Source of the DNA: Vicugna vicugna
Taxonomy: Eukaryota
Assembly: GCA_013265495.1 (NCBI GenBank)
Contig: MU057701.1
Span: 558,001-622,000 of the forward strand
Length of the DNA stretch: 64,000 nucleotides
Reading direction: 5' to 3'
Part shown: positions 48,431 through 60,149 of the stretch, one piece after another
Position numbering within the stretch: the first letter of the stretch is position 1
Layout of the letters: each line of letters starts with the position of its first letter
Made by a program: the position numbers and the translations under genes
Notes under the pieces: generated by a model
What the model was told of the DNA's origin: nothing
The model's input: the letters and a program-made list of their open reading frames with translations, nothing else
The model's database searches: none

Positions 48431-49159
48431 TGATATTTGAAGTGCCATTTATATTCTCCCACCTATTTCCTTTTTAAAAATAAAAACCAAAATAATACAT
48501 GACAAAAAAGGAAATTTTCTTCAGCCACCCTATTTTTTTCCCCATCAATTCTGTAATGTAAATGCTATTATATGACATTATTAACCTTAAAACATAGCAG
48601 TCACCTTGCTGTGGTCAAATTGTAATAATTCTGCCTAATAAAACTGAAAAAGAAAAAAAAATTTAAACATAGTCACCATACTGTGGTTCCCTACCTGTCT
48701 GAATACTTGATTTTCCCTAAAAAGAGACAACAATGGCTAAAAGTTGTCAGCCTGTGCACACCATACCTGATGTCCATGCACAAGACCAGAGGCTAGAACT
48801 GTGCTGAAACAGTAAAAACAGGCTTGTAATAACTGTCAACAGCTTACAAGTCAAAAAAAAGGAGAGAATTTTAATTGCTGTGATTATTTTGCCAAGCTGG
48901 TGTTTTGTTTCGCTTTGTTCCTACCCTCTGATGACAGTAAGTTATGTTTTGTTGTGCTTTTGTTTAATTTTGTTTTGATTATAAAAGTGGTCCATGCTCA
49001 TTGAGAATATTTAGAAAATTCATTAAAAAAAGAAAAAGGAAAAGAAATTCTACAACCAGAGATAACTACTCTTAATATTTTGGAGAGCCTTTTCTCTCAC
49101 TCTCTTTCTCTCTCAAATGTATATACGTTTATATGTACATATCATATTTAAATGGCATC

Positions 49160-50150
49160 CAAATTTGGATTTAGGGTGCTTTAAACCTAGGAGTTATATA
49201 ATAGTCATGTTCCCATCTGTATACCTTGCCTCTGATCACAGCTTTGCCTGTATCACTTAAAATTTAATACATACTGTTCCTATTGCTATTTTTCTCTTTT
49301 TTGTTTGTAACTGTAGGTTCGATTTCCACTATAACTAAAAGTTTGTCAAAAAATTCTTTTAAATTTCCAAATGTTGGGGTTTTGATTTAGATATCGGATA
49401 TTTTTAAGTGAGATCATTTGGGGGTGAGGGAAGAGGTGACAATGAGTCCTGTATATAGTTTCATCTTGGAATTTGTTTAGGTTTTTATTGTGGTTTACTA
49501 TATAATTAGTTTTTATAAATGTTCCATGAGCACATAAAAAGAAAACGTAGCCTCTATTATCATGAATCAAAATCACTTCTTTTTGTTTATTGTCTGCTAA
49601 ATCTTTGGTCATCTTTTTATTATGACCATTTCTGTCTCATTTTGTTTTAGTTCTGTCTCTTGTAAGCAAAATGTCACTGTGTTTGTTTTTTTTTTCTTCC
49701 AACCCAATATGAAAGTTATCTCCTTTTAATATGGAAGTGTAATATTTTTATCATTCTAACTAATAGTATGATCTTATTTCATCTTATTTTGTTTTTACTT
49801 TTCCTTTAACATCTGCTGTATGCTATATGCACTGTATCTTCTCTAGTGATTTGAAAATTCACATCCTGTTTTAATTCTTCCTTTAAGTTTTACAAAAGCA
49901 TCTCAACCATTGCTTTTTCTGAGTATCAAGGTCTAGGTAATCAGAACTTGGAGCAACACTTTTTGTCTCCCCTCCCCTTCCTCTTTTATGTTCTTTCAAG
50001 CCACTTCCACCTACAATAATATGTGGAACTCATGATGTTATTAATACTTTTTTTGCATTATATATTATACTTAAAATGTTTTCTTTTCAGTCAGTATTTC
50101 ATATTTACAATGATTATTTGGATATAACTATTTTGCTGGTTTCAATGTAC
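49160..50150 (-). mobile_element. Old L1 (L1ME-type) internal fragments
   Basis: CACAGCTTTGCCTGTATC, TTTAAATTTCCAAATG, TTTTATAAATGTTCCATG, TGTCTCTTGTAAGCAA motifs. Confidence 0.55.
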
Positions 50151-50187
50151 ACTACCAGATCTTTCCTATCTTGATTTACTCTATCTT

Positions 50188-50432
50188 TTTTTTTTAATTG
50201 CATAGAGTTGATTTATAATGTTATGTTAGTTGCTGGTGTACAGAATAATGATTCAGTTATTGATTCATTTTCATTATAGGTTATTACAAGATACTGAATG
50301 TAGTTCCCTGTGCTGTACATAGGTTGTTTATCTGTTTTATATATAGTAGCTTGTATCTGCTAATTTCAAACTCCAAATTAACCACTGCCCCCTGCCTTTC
50401 CCCTTTGGTAATCCTAAGTTTGTTTTCTATGT
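50188..50432 (-). mobile_element. Cetartiodactyl-type L1 3' end
   Basis: TTAATTGCATAGAGTTGATTTATAATG..TTTTCATTATAGGTTATTACAAGATACTGAATGTAGTTCCCTGTGCT..CCCTTTGGTAA; degenerate TSD GATTTACTCTATCTT/GACTTACCTTATCTT. Confidence 0.88.
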
Positions 50433-51513
50433 GACTTACCTTATCTTGAGCTCTTAATTTTGATACTTCTTAGACAGCTAGAGGAGCTCTTCAAGCAGTA
50501 GTTTCTAAGAACACTTGCAGGGGATGTGTTTAAGCCTTCGCGTGTAGCCTTTTCACACAAGTGCCAGCTGAGCCATGTGTAAAATTTTGGAGTAACTCTT
50601 TTCTTCACAAATTCGTTTGCTGATGTTTCTTTGTATTCTGGCCAGCACAACCACCTCTGTACCCAGATTGCACTAGAGCTTCTGTCATGGCTTTTTGGCG
50701 GTCCACTTTGTCCAGTTGGTGGCCCTCTGGCATTACCCCATCCTTGAAGCCCCTCGCCTGCCCTCATGGGCACTGGACTGATCTCAGTCCTGTTCTGTTC
50801 CTCTCCTTCCTCCCTTAAATCATCATGCTTGGGAGATATGACTGTGTGCCAGGTAGATTAATTAGTGATACTGAAAGTTAACTTTATTATGGGCAAGTAC
50901 ATACATCCTATTTAGCTGGCTTTTACCAACTGAAAAATGTCAGTGTATTTTCATGTGAAGAGAAAGTACTGAAGAAAGGATAAACAGAAAAAGATGAAGT
51001 GAGATTTTACACAGATTTTCAGATTAGGCGATACTAAAGATTTAGAAGAGTTTTATGAATATACATCTCCCTGTAGGTTTATGACATTGTTTTGTCCAAA
51101 GCGTTGCTTTTATCATGGATTTCAGTCTTTGGAAGAAGATGTGGTGGTGGCCCTCGTGGGCTGGGGAAAGCAGTAGTTTCTTCCATTTTAATTGGCTTTT
51201 AGGACAAAAGCTTACAAATTCTGCAAACGTGTTATCACACAAGCTGAAAACTATTTTTTTTCCATTTAAATAAATTGTTTGCAATTTAAAAGGCAGAGTA
51301 AATTCAGAACAGGAACTGGTTATTGCTGTTGTCTTATATAGATAATCAAAATTCAATTCAACAAACATGCTCTGAACACTTATGTGTAATGCACTAAGGT
51401 AAACAAAATTTTTTTAAATTATTATTCAGTAATTGAGAATTGGCTAAATTATGTCCATACAAGGAGATATTTTATACAGCCATTAGTAATTTTTGAAGAT
51501 ACTCTAAAGATAT

Positions 51514-51625
51514 ATCTCAGTGGTAGAGCATGTGCTTAGCATGCACGAGGTCCTGGGTTCAATCCCTAGTCCCTCCATTAAAAATAAATAAATAAATAAA
51601 TAAACCTAATTCCCTCCCTCCCCGA
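51514..51625 (+). mobile_element. 5'-truncated tRNA-Ala-derived camelid SINE
   Basis: CTCAGTGGTAGAGCATGTGCTTAGCATGCACGAGGTCCTGGGTTCAATCC..(AAAT)n AACCTAATT; TSD AAAGATAT at 51506-51513 and 51626-51633. Confidence 0.92.
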
Positions 51626-52724
51626 AAAGATATGGGAAATGCTGAAAATATGTTCAGTTAGAAAAAAGCACTTTACAAAGTACTGCATTCAGTATAATTT
51701 CTAATTTAGCTTAACAACCTTTCGAAAGACTAAAAAGATGTACCTAAATGTTACTATTGTTTATTTCTGGGTGAGAAAAAAAAAAACTCTTTCCATATTC
51801 TGATTTTTCTGTAATGAAAACAAATCAATGTAATAACCAGATGATAGTATGGTTTTGTTGATTTTGTTGTGGCTTTTTAAGGATGTAGCCCAGCTCTGTA
51901 AGACTCCAGGGAATGGGTACAATCATTCCCACTTCAGGGATCTATTTTGACCTCTCAGGAAAGTTGGGATGGAAGCTGGGCCCTGAATGGGGAGCAGAAC
52001 ATGAATAGGCAGATACGCAGAAAGAAAGACACACACGCCAAGCAGAAGGGCCCACTGAGCACATGCCCGACCTTGCAGCAGCACAACAAATGAACTTGGT
52101 GGCTGGACCAGACAGGATGGGTGGGGAGAGGGTCAGGGCTGAGCTGGAGAGGACCTTGCAACCTTAATAAGGAGTCCAGATTTTGCTCTCCACATTGGCG
52201 AGAAGCACAGAAGGTTTGTAATTTGGGATGAGAAAATCAGATCAGGGGTAGATCTGTGCTCTAGACAGGAGCTTCTGGAAGGGGGTAGGCTGAATGGAAG
52301 GCAGGAGACCAGAGGTAGGGGAACACTTAGGAGGCGTGCTCCTGGCTTCTCCTGTTTCTTTGGCTGAGCCTTCTCAGTTGTGTTCTCCAGTTTTTTTCCC
52401 TCCGTCTTCTCCTTAATTGTTGGGTGCTCCTGAGTCCTGCCTACCATCCCTGTTACTCCTTGGCTATACTGTCCTTCAGAATGCTGTCCATTTCAGTGGT
52501 CCAGTCTGGGTCTCTTTCGTGGACTCCAAACCAGTATGTGTTTAATTATGTCCAAGTCACCTTCACCTAGCTGTTTCCTGACTGCTCAGCCTCACTGAAA
52601 CTTCTAGCTTCCTTCCAAAGTCTGCTTCTTCTCCTCCTCTCTTGAACCCCTGAACATAGTCTCCATTCTCCTATCCTACAAGTTACCTAAGCCAGAAATT
52701 TCAAAAGAAACAAAACATGCAAAA

Positions 52725-52968
52725 GAACAAGTATTGTCTGATTCCACTTAGATGAGGCACTTAAGCAAATTCATAGAGACAGAAAGTAGAATGATGGTTG
52801 TCTGGAGCTAGGGAGTTAGTGTTTCATGGATGAAGAGTTTCCGTTTGGGATGATGGTTGCACCATGGTGTGACAGTAATTAATGCCATTGAATGGTATAC
52901 TTAAAAATGGTTCAAATGGTAAATTTTATGTTATATATCTTTTATCAGAATTTAAGAATTAAAAAAAA
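52725..52968 (+). mobile_element. L1MB-type 3' end
   Basis: CAAATTCATAGAGACAGAAAGTAGAATG..CTTAAAAATGGTTCAAATGGTAAATTTTATGTTATAT plus A tail. Confidence 0.85.
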
Positions 52969-53719
52969 GCCACCTGTTCAACTTGGTTTGAACCAGTTTC
53001 TCCTAGACTTATTTGACTCTCTGATCAAAAGGGGAAAAAAGTGTCTTAAAGTATAACATATATTCATTTTCTCTAGGTGTAAGAGGAGCACACTTGGGGG
53101 AATATTCCCACCTATTTGGGGGCAATGCAGGGGAATTAAGTCTTTGTTTCCTCACACTGTGCTGGAACTCTGCATTTCCTTCAGAAATATTATTAGAAAT
53201 GGTGGTTGGGCTTTTATTTAGGAAAATTATGGGTCAGTTAGTCTTCCACAGACTCACCTAATGATGCCATTTCCATGGGAGCTTTACAACACTCTAGCCT
53301 GAAAAGGGAATTCTAGAACACAATCCACTCAGATTGGAGGCAGGCTTAACTTCAACAGCTCTAAGTACGCAATCTTCTCACATTATGCAGAGGTTTGCAA
53401 ATTACTTTGAAAAGACAGGAGGTTCTGCCTATTTGGGGTAATTTCCACCCTCTCCTCTCTGGGCCCCCTTCTGATAACCTTCTGTCCTGCATAGATGCTG
53501 AGGCTTCTGCTTTGGTTACCTGTCTGAGTTCTTGTTTCAGGAGCCTATCTCATGTCCCAAGCCCTGCACAACTCAAGAGGCTGCCCTTGTGCAGTGCACA
53601 ACCTGTGTGGCTGCTATTGCTCGTAAAGACACCCAGTCTTCTTCCTTATTCTATCTACCATCCTCCCCAGGAATTGGAATCCTGCCTTATAATTTCATCA
53701 TAGGGTCATCTTTAACATA

Positions 53720-54480
53720 CAAACTTGTTTTTTTAGTTGAAAAGTACATGCTCTTTATTAAAAACTTCAAACCCTACATAAGTACATTTCTCACAATCCT
53801 CTCTTAGGTAATCACCATTAACAATTGACTATACAATTAAAAAAATTTTTCCCCATTCATATACTAGTACATGTGTGTGCACTTTACTGAAACTCCTGCT
53901 ATACCTACTGTTTGCAGCTTACTTTTTTTTTTTTCATTTAACTATGCATCTGGGGCATCTTTCCATTTTGGCAAGTGGAGATCTGTTTCATGATTTGGTG
54001 GCTATATTGATGTACCTTTATTTATCTTACTGGTCCCATTGATAGACAACCGGCTTTCTTCTAACTTTTGGCTATTGCATATAACATAGCCATGAATAAT
54101 CTGAAGCATATAAATCTTTGCACAATTGCAAAAGAACTTCTCTAGGATAAATTCCTAGGTAGAGTAGCTAGGTCAAATGGTATAAACATCTTAATTTTAA
54201 TAGACAAGATCACATTCCTGAAGATGGTTGCCAGATCATCTTCCTAAAGGGTTTAACCACTTTGCTCTCCCACCACAGTGTGGTCAAGAGTCTGTTCCTC
54301 CCACCTCGCCGACACTGGCTAGCCTTCTTCATCTTTACTAATCTGATAGGTAAAATGCTTTAGTTTGCATTAAAAATATTTTTACATGTCTTCCCGTTTC
54401 AAAACTCTGGAGTGATACTGCCAATACTTAAGGTCGAACATTTTTCATTTGTTCATCGGCTATGTTTATTTCCTTGAATT
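53720..54480 (-). mobile_element. Old L1 (L1ME-type) 3' fragment
   Basis: GGTAATCACCATTAACA, GGATAAATTCCTAGG, CTCCCACCACAGTG, TTTACTAATCTGATAGGT motifs. Confidence 0.65.
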
Positions 54481-54639
54481 CTTCCCTGGGCTTCCTTCTA
54501 CTTGATTATGCACTTTGCTTCCTCATTCCTGTGCTCTACCTGCCAGCGTGGGAAATCCATTCCCTCCCTTCAGACCCCCATGCTGACTACCACTTCCTGT
54601 CTCAGAGCTGGAGAGGGTGATGTCCAGGCCAGGACTTGT

Positions 54640-54850
54640 GGTGGGAAAGACCTGGGAGTCCCAGCTGCTCCACTTATTTGTGTGACTTTTGGAAATTTTT
54701 CTAACTTCTCTACGCCCCAGTTTCTTCATTTGGAAACTGAGGTGGTAATTTTATCTACAACAAAGGGTTGCCTTCAAGATTAAATGGGATAATTGTTACG
54801 TAAATCACTTAGCCCTTGCTTTGTACATTGTGAAAGTTTGGGAAACACTA
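54640..54850 (+). mobile_element. MIR
   Basis: CCACTTATTTGTGTGACTTTTGG..TAACTTCTCT..CAGTTTCTTCATTT..AAGATTAAATG. Confidence 0.75.
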
Positions 54851-56734
54851 TTGTCATTATTGCTATAATTATAAGTGTACTCTGTTTGCTAACTTATGCA
54901 GTATCAATATTGAGATGGTGGAGGATATGGAGGAAGCCTTTAAAAAGGGAGCTATGCTAGAACATTTACTGTGTTCTTACATCTTCTCCATTCCCATAAT
55001 TGTCCTGGGGCTCAAACATTAATGAGGCAGCTTGGCTACAAATATAACACTTTCCGGTAGTACTCTGCTTGTGCACATCTGTTCTCTCTCTTTATTGTAA
55101 CTGAGTTACATGTAATCAGAGATCACAAACTAATGTGGCTAAATGTAGCTCACCAATTTCTCGTGTTCATACAGTGCTGTGAGTTATTGCTGTGTTTTCA
55201 TTTGAGCCACCATTTAGAAATTAGGATGTTCATATGAAATCTAGATTTCCAGCTTTTCTTGAGTAATAGGAAATGTTGGCAAGCATCCACTAGAGCCAGC
55301 TCACTGCTGCCCCCTTTAGACGGGGTGTGGGTTCTCCAGGTTTCCATGCCCTGCCTCCTTTCTTCCCCTCTCCCGGCTCCCATGCAGCTGATTATCATTT
55401 GTAGTTCATCATCACACTTGCTTTGTTTTCCTTTAAGTAGAAGAATATATCCTGGTACCCATGTCTCTGCTAAAAGTGGGAAACTAAGACAAAAGTATTA
55501 AAGTGAACATATTTTTACGTGTAAGTGAAGGATCGTCCCACGAGTTTAATTTGTTCATTTTAGCCACTGGCTTCATTCATTAGCCCGACCTGCCCCTGGA
55601 CGCAGTGGAGATGTGACTCATGCGTGAATCAGGTTGTTAAGCTAAATTAGAATTATACTGAGTCCAGTGGTTCTCAGCCTTAACCTGAAAGTTTGAAAAA
55701 ATACAGAGGCCTAGGTGTTGGGGTGTTCTACCCGCTGCCCGCTTCTCCCACAAAAAGCAGAACTTTTTTGGATGGATCAAAAGGAGAAACGTTTACTGGA
55801 TTTTTGCCTAGGGACATGACCTGTCTTTCTTGGCATGCTGCTTCTTAGGGTCCCCAGGTTTCCCCATAAAACTGAGGATTCTGTGTCCCAGCATTCTCCA
55901 GCTTTGGGGCTGTCCTGCCCAGGAAGGCCAGGTGGGCAAATGAGACCAGCCGTGCCCTTGTTCTCATGGAGGAGAGAACTATTTCCGTTCTTTTCCTTGG
56001 TGTGTTCCTTTCTTTGGCCTGCCCACCCTTAATTCTCAAAGTAATAAGACATAGGGGGTCAAGCTTTGGCTGCGGACTTGGAGACAGTGAAGCCAGGCTG
56101 CCTGCATGGCTCTAAGCCCCCGGGATAGCCCTCCCTGAGCAGCAGGGCTCACCAGTTCCAGGTGGAGGTACCACTCACTGGGCCTGGAGCCCATGGGGGT
56201 GTTGAGGCCAGAGCTAGTGTGATTACTGCCTCAGCTAGAGCAGCCTCTTGTCCAGTTTCCCCCCAAAATGTGGCTTAGCGTGGCCAGTTGAGGACCTGTG
56301 TGGCTAGGCCCCGGTGGCAGATCCCTCCTCAAATCTCAGCATCACAGCGCTGACCCTTCCTGGCTTCCCATAGGCACAAATGGATCCGAGGGCTCCATCC
56401 TGTGTTTCCAGGCAGCCTGTGCTTCCTTTATACATTTATACTTACGCATTTACAAGTATTTATATTTTATCATCATTTTTTGTTTGTGTATCTATTTCCT
56501 TTACTAAAATCTAAACTCCTTGGTTGCAGGGACTGTAGTTTACCATTTTAAAATACTTGGTGCCCAGGATATAACTGATGTTTAAAAAATATTCTCTAAT
56601 GGATTTAAATTTTAATAATTTTATTGACTCTTTTGCCATTTGAAAAGTTGTTTTCTAGGTGCTATGGGAACACAAAAGGTTTAAAATGTAGTTTATATTC
56701 TGAAGGAGCTTGTTATCTAGTTTGGGAGATAAGC

Positions 56735-56925
56735 TCAATCATTCTTTCATTCATTCATTCATTTGACATATACTAAGTATCCAAGTTCTAATCAGCTTGG
56801 CACTTGGGATATGAGGATGTCAAGGTATATACTCCACTCTCAAGTGGCTTCCAGTTAGTAGGAGAGAGGGATGTAAAATGATACAAAATGAGCATGACAC
56901 AATGTGATGAGTGCAATGATACGAT
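56735..56925 (-). mobile_element. L2 3' fragment
   Basis: (TTCA)n tail, TACTAAGTATC, CTCTCAAGTGGCTTCCAG. Confidence 0.55.
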
Positions 56926-56954
56926 TTCTAACAATTGTTAAAAATGTGGAGTAA

Positions 56955-57044
56955 GGGTCGGGCATAGCCCAGTGGTAGAGTGCATTCTTAGCATGCACAA
57001 GGTCCTGGGTTTAATTCTCAGTACCTCCATTAAAAAAAAAAAAA
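56955..57044 (+). mobile_element. Short-form tRNA-Ala-derived camelid SINE (tRNA head plus poly-A only)
   Basis: CATAGCCCAGTGGTAGAGTGCATTCTTAGCATGCACAAGGTCCTGGGTTTAATTC..CCTCCATT(A)n; TSD GGAGTAA at 56948-56954 and 57045-57051. Confidence 0.9.
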
Positions 57045-57132
57045 GGAGTAAAAAATAAACAGCTGAAAACAGTAACGGAAGAACAAGCACAGAACAGCGC
57101 ACAACTTGGTTGTCATTAGAAGTACAGTCCAG

Positions 57133-57358
57133 GAGGAGATAGACTGGGATTTCAAAATTGTAGAACAGATAAACAAGATTAGACTGTACAGCACAGGGAA
57201 ATATACACAAGATCTTACGGTAGCTCAGAGAAAAAAATGTGACAATGAATATATACATGTCCACGTATAACTGAAAAATTGTGCTCTACACTGGAATTTG
57301 ACACAACACTGTAAAATGACTGTAAATTAATTTTAGAAAGTTAAAAAAAAAAAAAAGA
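57133..57358 (+). mobile_element. Lineage-specific (camelid-type) L1 3' end with TSD
   Basis: GATAGACTGGGATTTCAAAATTGTAGAA..GCACAGGGAAATATACACAAGATC..GTGCTCTACACTGGAATTTGACACAAC plus poly-A; TSD AGAAGTACAG(T/C)CCAG at 57118-57132 and 57359-57373. Confidence 0.9.
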
Positions 57359-59434
57359 AGAAGTACAGCCCAGCTTTCCTAGGAGCCACTAAGTAGACAT
57401 TAAGAAGTCTGCGGAGATAGGGTCTCCTTTGAAGTCAGTGGTTCATGGCACACATCAGTACAACAAAGTTCCAGGGAAGGGCCACGTTAAAAAAAACAAA
57501 ACCTGTCCAGCTCTGTTTGACCTCGTGTTTCCCACATTTCTGTGACTATGAAGGGCTTTTCTTCCCTCTATTTAAAATCCTATGGAACTGTCATTTCTTA
57601 AGTCATTTGGGAAAATGCTGGTGTAGATACCATCTGTGGTTAAATAGCTAGTGGCTGTTAACATTTTGGGGGGACAGTGACCTTTTGAGAAGTAGATGGT
57701 GGGGGGAATTGTACACAATCCATGCATTCCTAGAAGCCCATCCAAGACCCCTCTCCATAGTCAGGAAAAGAAAAGAAGGGAGCAAATCCCAGGTAGGAGG
57801 GATCTGTGTGGGCAGAGACAAAAGAGGCTGAAAAGTTGGGTCCTGTTTAGCGCCAAGCACATGAGGCAGAGATCGATGATGTAGAGAGGTGGGGGACCAC
57901 GAAGGAGTTGGAAACAGCCAACGATGATGCGAGGGCTGAGGAGGCTGGCACAGAATTGCCAGCCCTTAACGACCAATTGCCTGTCAAGGTTAAGGGAGAT
58001 GCCAGGCTGGGGATGACTCTACTCACAGAGACGGAGTCAGAGAAGGATTATTCACAGAAACAGCAAAGTCATGGAGCTGAAACCTTCCACACGTCAAAAC
58101 CTACGTTACTATCATGTTGAAATGCTCCAACTCGCCTTTATTAACTAGTGCTGAGTCTCTCAACTGAAAAATTCACTTTCAGAATTGGACTTGCCATCTA
58201 ACTGGACATCCTACCTTGAACAGTTAAAAATCTGATTGGTCTGACTTCTAATTTTAGAAGGAATAAGGCTGACCTTCATTGTGCTGTTGCTCACTGGAGC
58301 CCGTTACCTGGGTGACTAGATTTACAATATGTCAGTATGCAAATACCATCTGCCCAAGAGGAGGAAGGAAGGCCTTCCTCCTCTGGGGGTTGTCAGCAGT
58401 TCCTGGAAACGTCTTCCTCTGGGAATAGGGAGGAGGCTGGCCAAAGAGAAGACAAACCAGGAAAGATGTGATTTTTTTCCATTTTAGAGTCTTTTCCTCA
58501 CTCTAGGAGTGAGAAAAGGAGTTTGTGGTTTGCCTTATGGACGATCCTCTAAGGTAGATCACTAGGGATATACATGTAGGTCTTGGATTTTACATTCCTT
58601 GTCAGGGAGGGAGCTAAAACGGTAGCGTACATCACTTTCAGTGTATCACAGAACACTTAATTCGGATCATTGCAATAGCTTAATGAAGCTTTTGAATATG
58701 CAATTTTTGTTTTCCATGATGCCTTTAGGAATGTAATTTTGGTTAAGAGTGTATGAACAGTTAGGGAGCCGCTGCCTTTTTCAAAAGCAGAAGGGTAGAT
58801 AGAAGCGGATATTCCACCTCATTTTCCCACACATCAGGCTGACTGGAGAAGCTGAAGGGATTTCTCCCCCAGAACATCTATATTCAGCTTCTGTCCTGCA
58901 TATAGTTTCAGGCTAAGGTTTAGCATCACATTTGGAAACATTCAAATCCGAAGGCAGGCAGGGAAGTTCTTCTATTCCTTTTCGTGAAATAACTGTCGCA
59001 TCAGCTGTCAGCTGCAGGAATGGCTTCCACCCACATGTTTTGTGAGTCCAAATTAGATGGACTCATTAATTTTAATTTTTACTTTAAAATCTTGAGGACT
59101 TGTATGGGTGGGTGTGCTTCCTTTAATTTCTGTGTGTCAGAATTTCTGTAGGAGGAGGCGATTCCAGGAGCAGGGCCGAGAACCTTGGGCTCTTAGCGTC
59201 TAATTTTGTCCCCCCGGTAACGTCTCCTGTGACCTCTTCTCGGCTTGCTCTCGTTGGCACTGCCGACTCCTACCTCTTTAAAAAAAAAATTCCTGATATC
59301 AACCTAAAACTGTCAGCAGCATAAAAGAGTGAAGAAAGCCACTTTGCTTCCCAGGGTGCTTTCACCCAGCCTTATACATAAATAGCCTTTTATTGGGATG
59401 TCAAGCAAGTAACTGAGGAGATTCATGCCAGAAA

Positions 59435-59655
59435 CAGGGGAGGGTAGATCCTGGAGCTCAAATCCCAGCTCTGCTACTTTCTAGCTGGGTGATGTTGGGC
59501 AAGTTACTCAACTTCTCTGTGCACCAATTTCTTCATTTGTGAAATAGGACTAAAAATACTACCTACCTCATAATGTTGTTGTGAAAATTAAATAAGTATA
59601 AATGCTTTAGGACCATGCCGACCCTGGAAAAGTTAGCACTGAGTGGCAGCTTGTA
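59435..59655 (+). mobile_element. MIR
   Basis: CAAATCCCAGCTCTGCTACTTTCTAGCTGGGTGATGTTGGGCAAGTTACTCAACTTCTCTGTGC..CTACCTCATA. Confidence 0.9.
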
Positions 59656-60149
59656 TTATTACTTCCGTGATGCATTTTCAGGTGTCCTAGGAAGTAATGA
59701 GGTTTTGCTGTGATCAAGTAAATGTTCAGGATTTGTTTGCAGGCTGTGACTTCCCCTTTCCTTCTTAACAGGCTGGTGCCTCTCCACAAGGAGGGTAAGC
59801 CTCATTTTCCACAGGATGCTCTCCCGGGCAACTATAGCCCGTGCTAGCCACCATTTCTAACCCCTCACACACTCTCCACATGTGTCGTATGATTAGTACA
59901 TTTGGATGTGCTATCTTAGCTCCTGATTGTAGTGTCCAGTTTAGCTCTTTGTTGTCCCCACAGAGTCATGAAAAGACACCACGAGGCTGGATAGTTCTGT
60001 CCAGTTCTATCCAGGGCATCTGTTCACTGGATGTTCCCAGGTGTCAAGTACCTGAACAAGCAAGGCCACCCTTGTCCCATGGGTGGCTTTTCAAGTCACT
60101 TCTCTGACTTTCTTTTTTCTACAAGTAGTTTAAAACTATCAAAAGTAAG

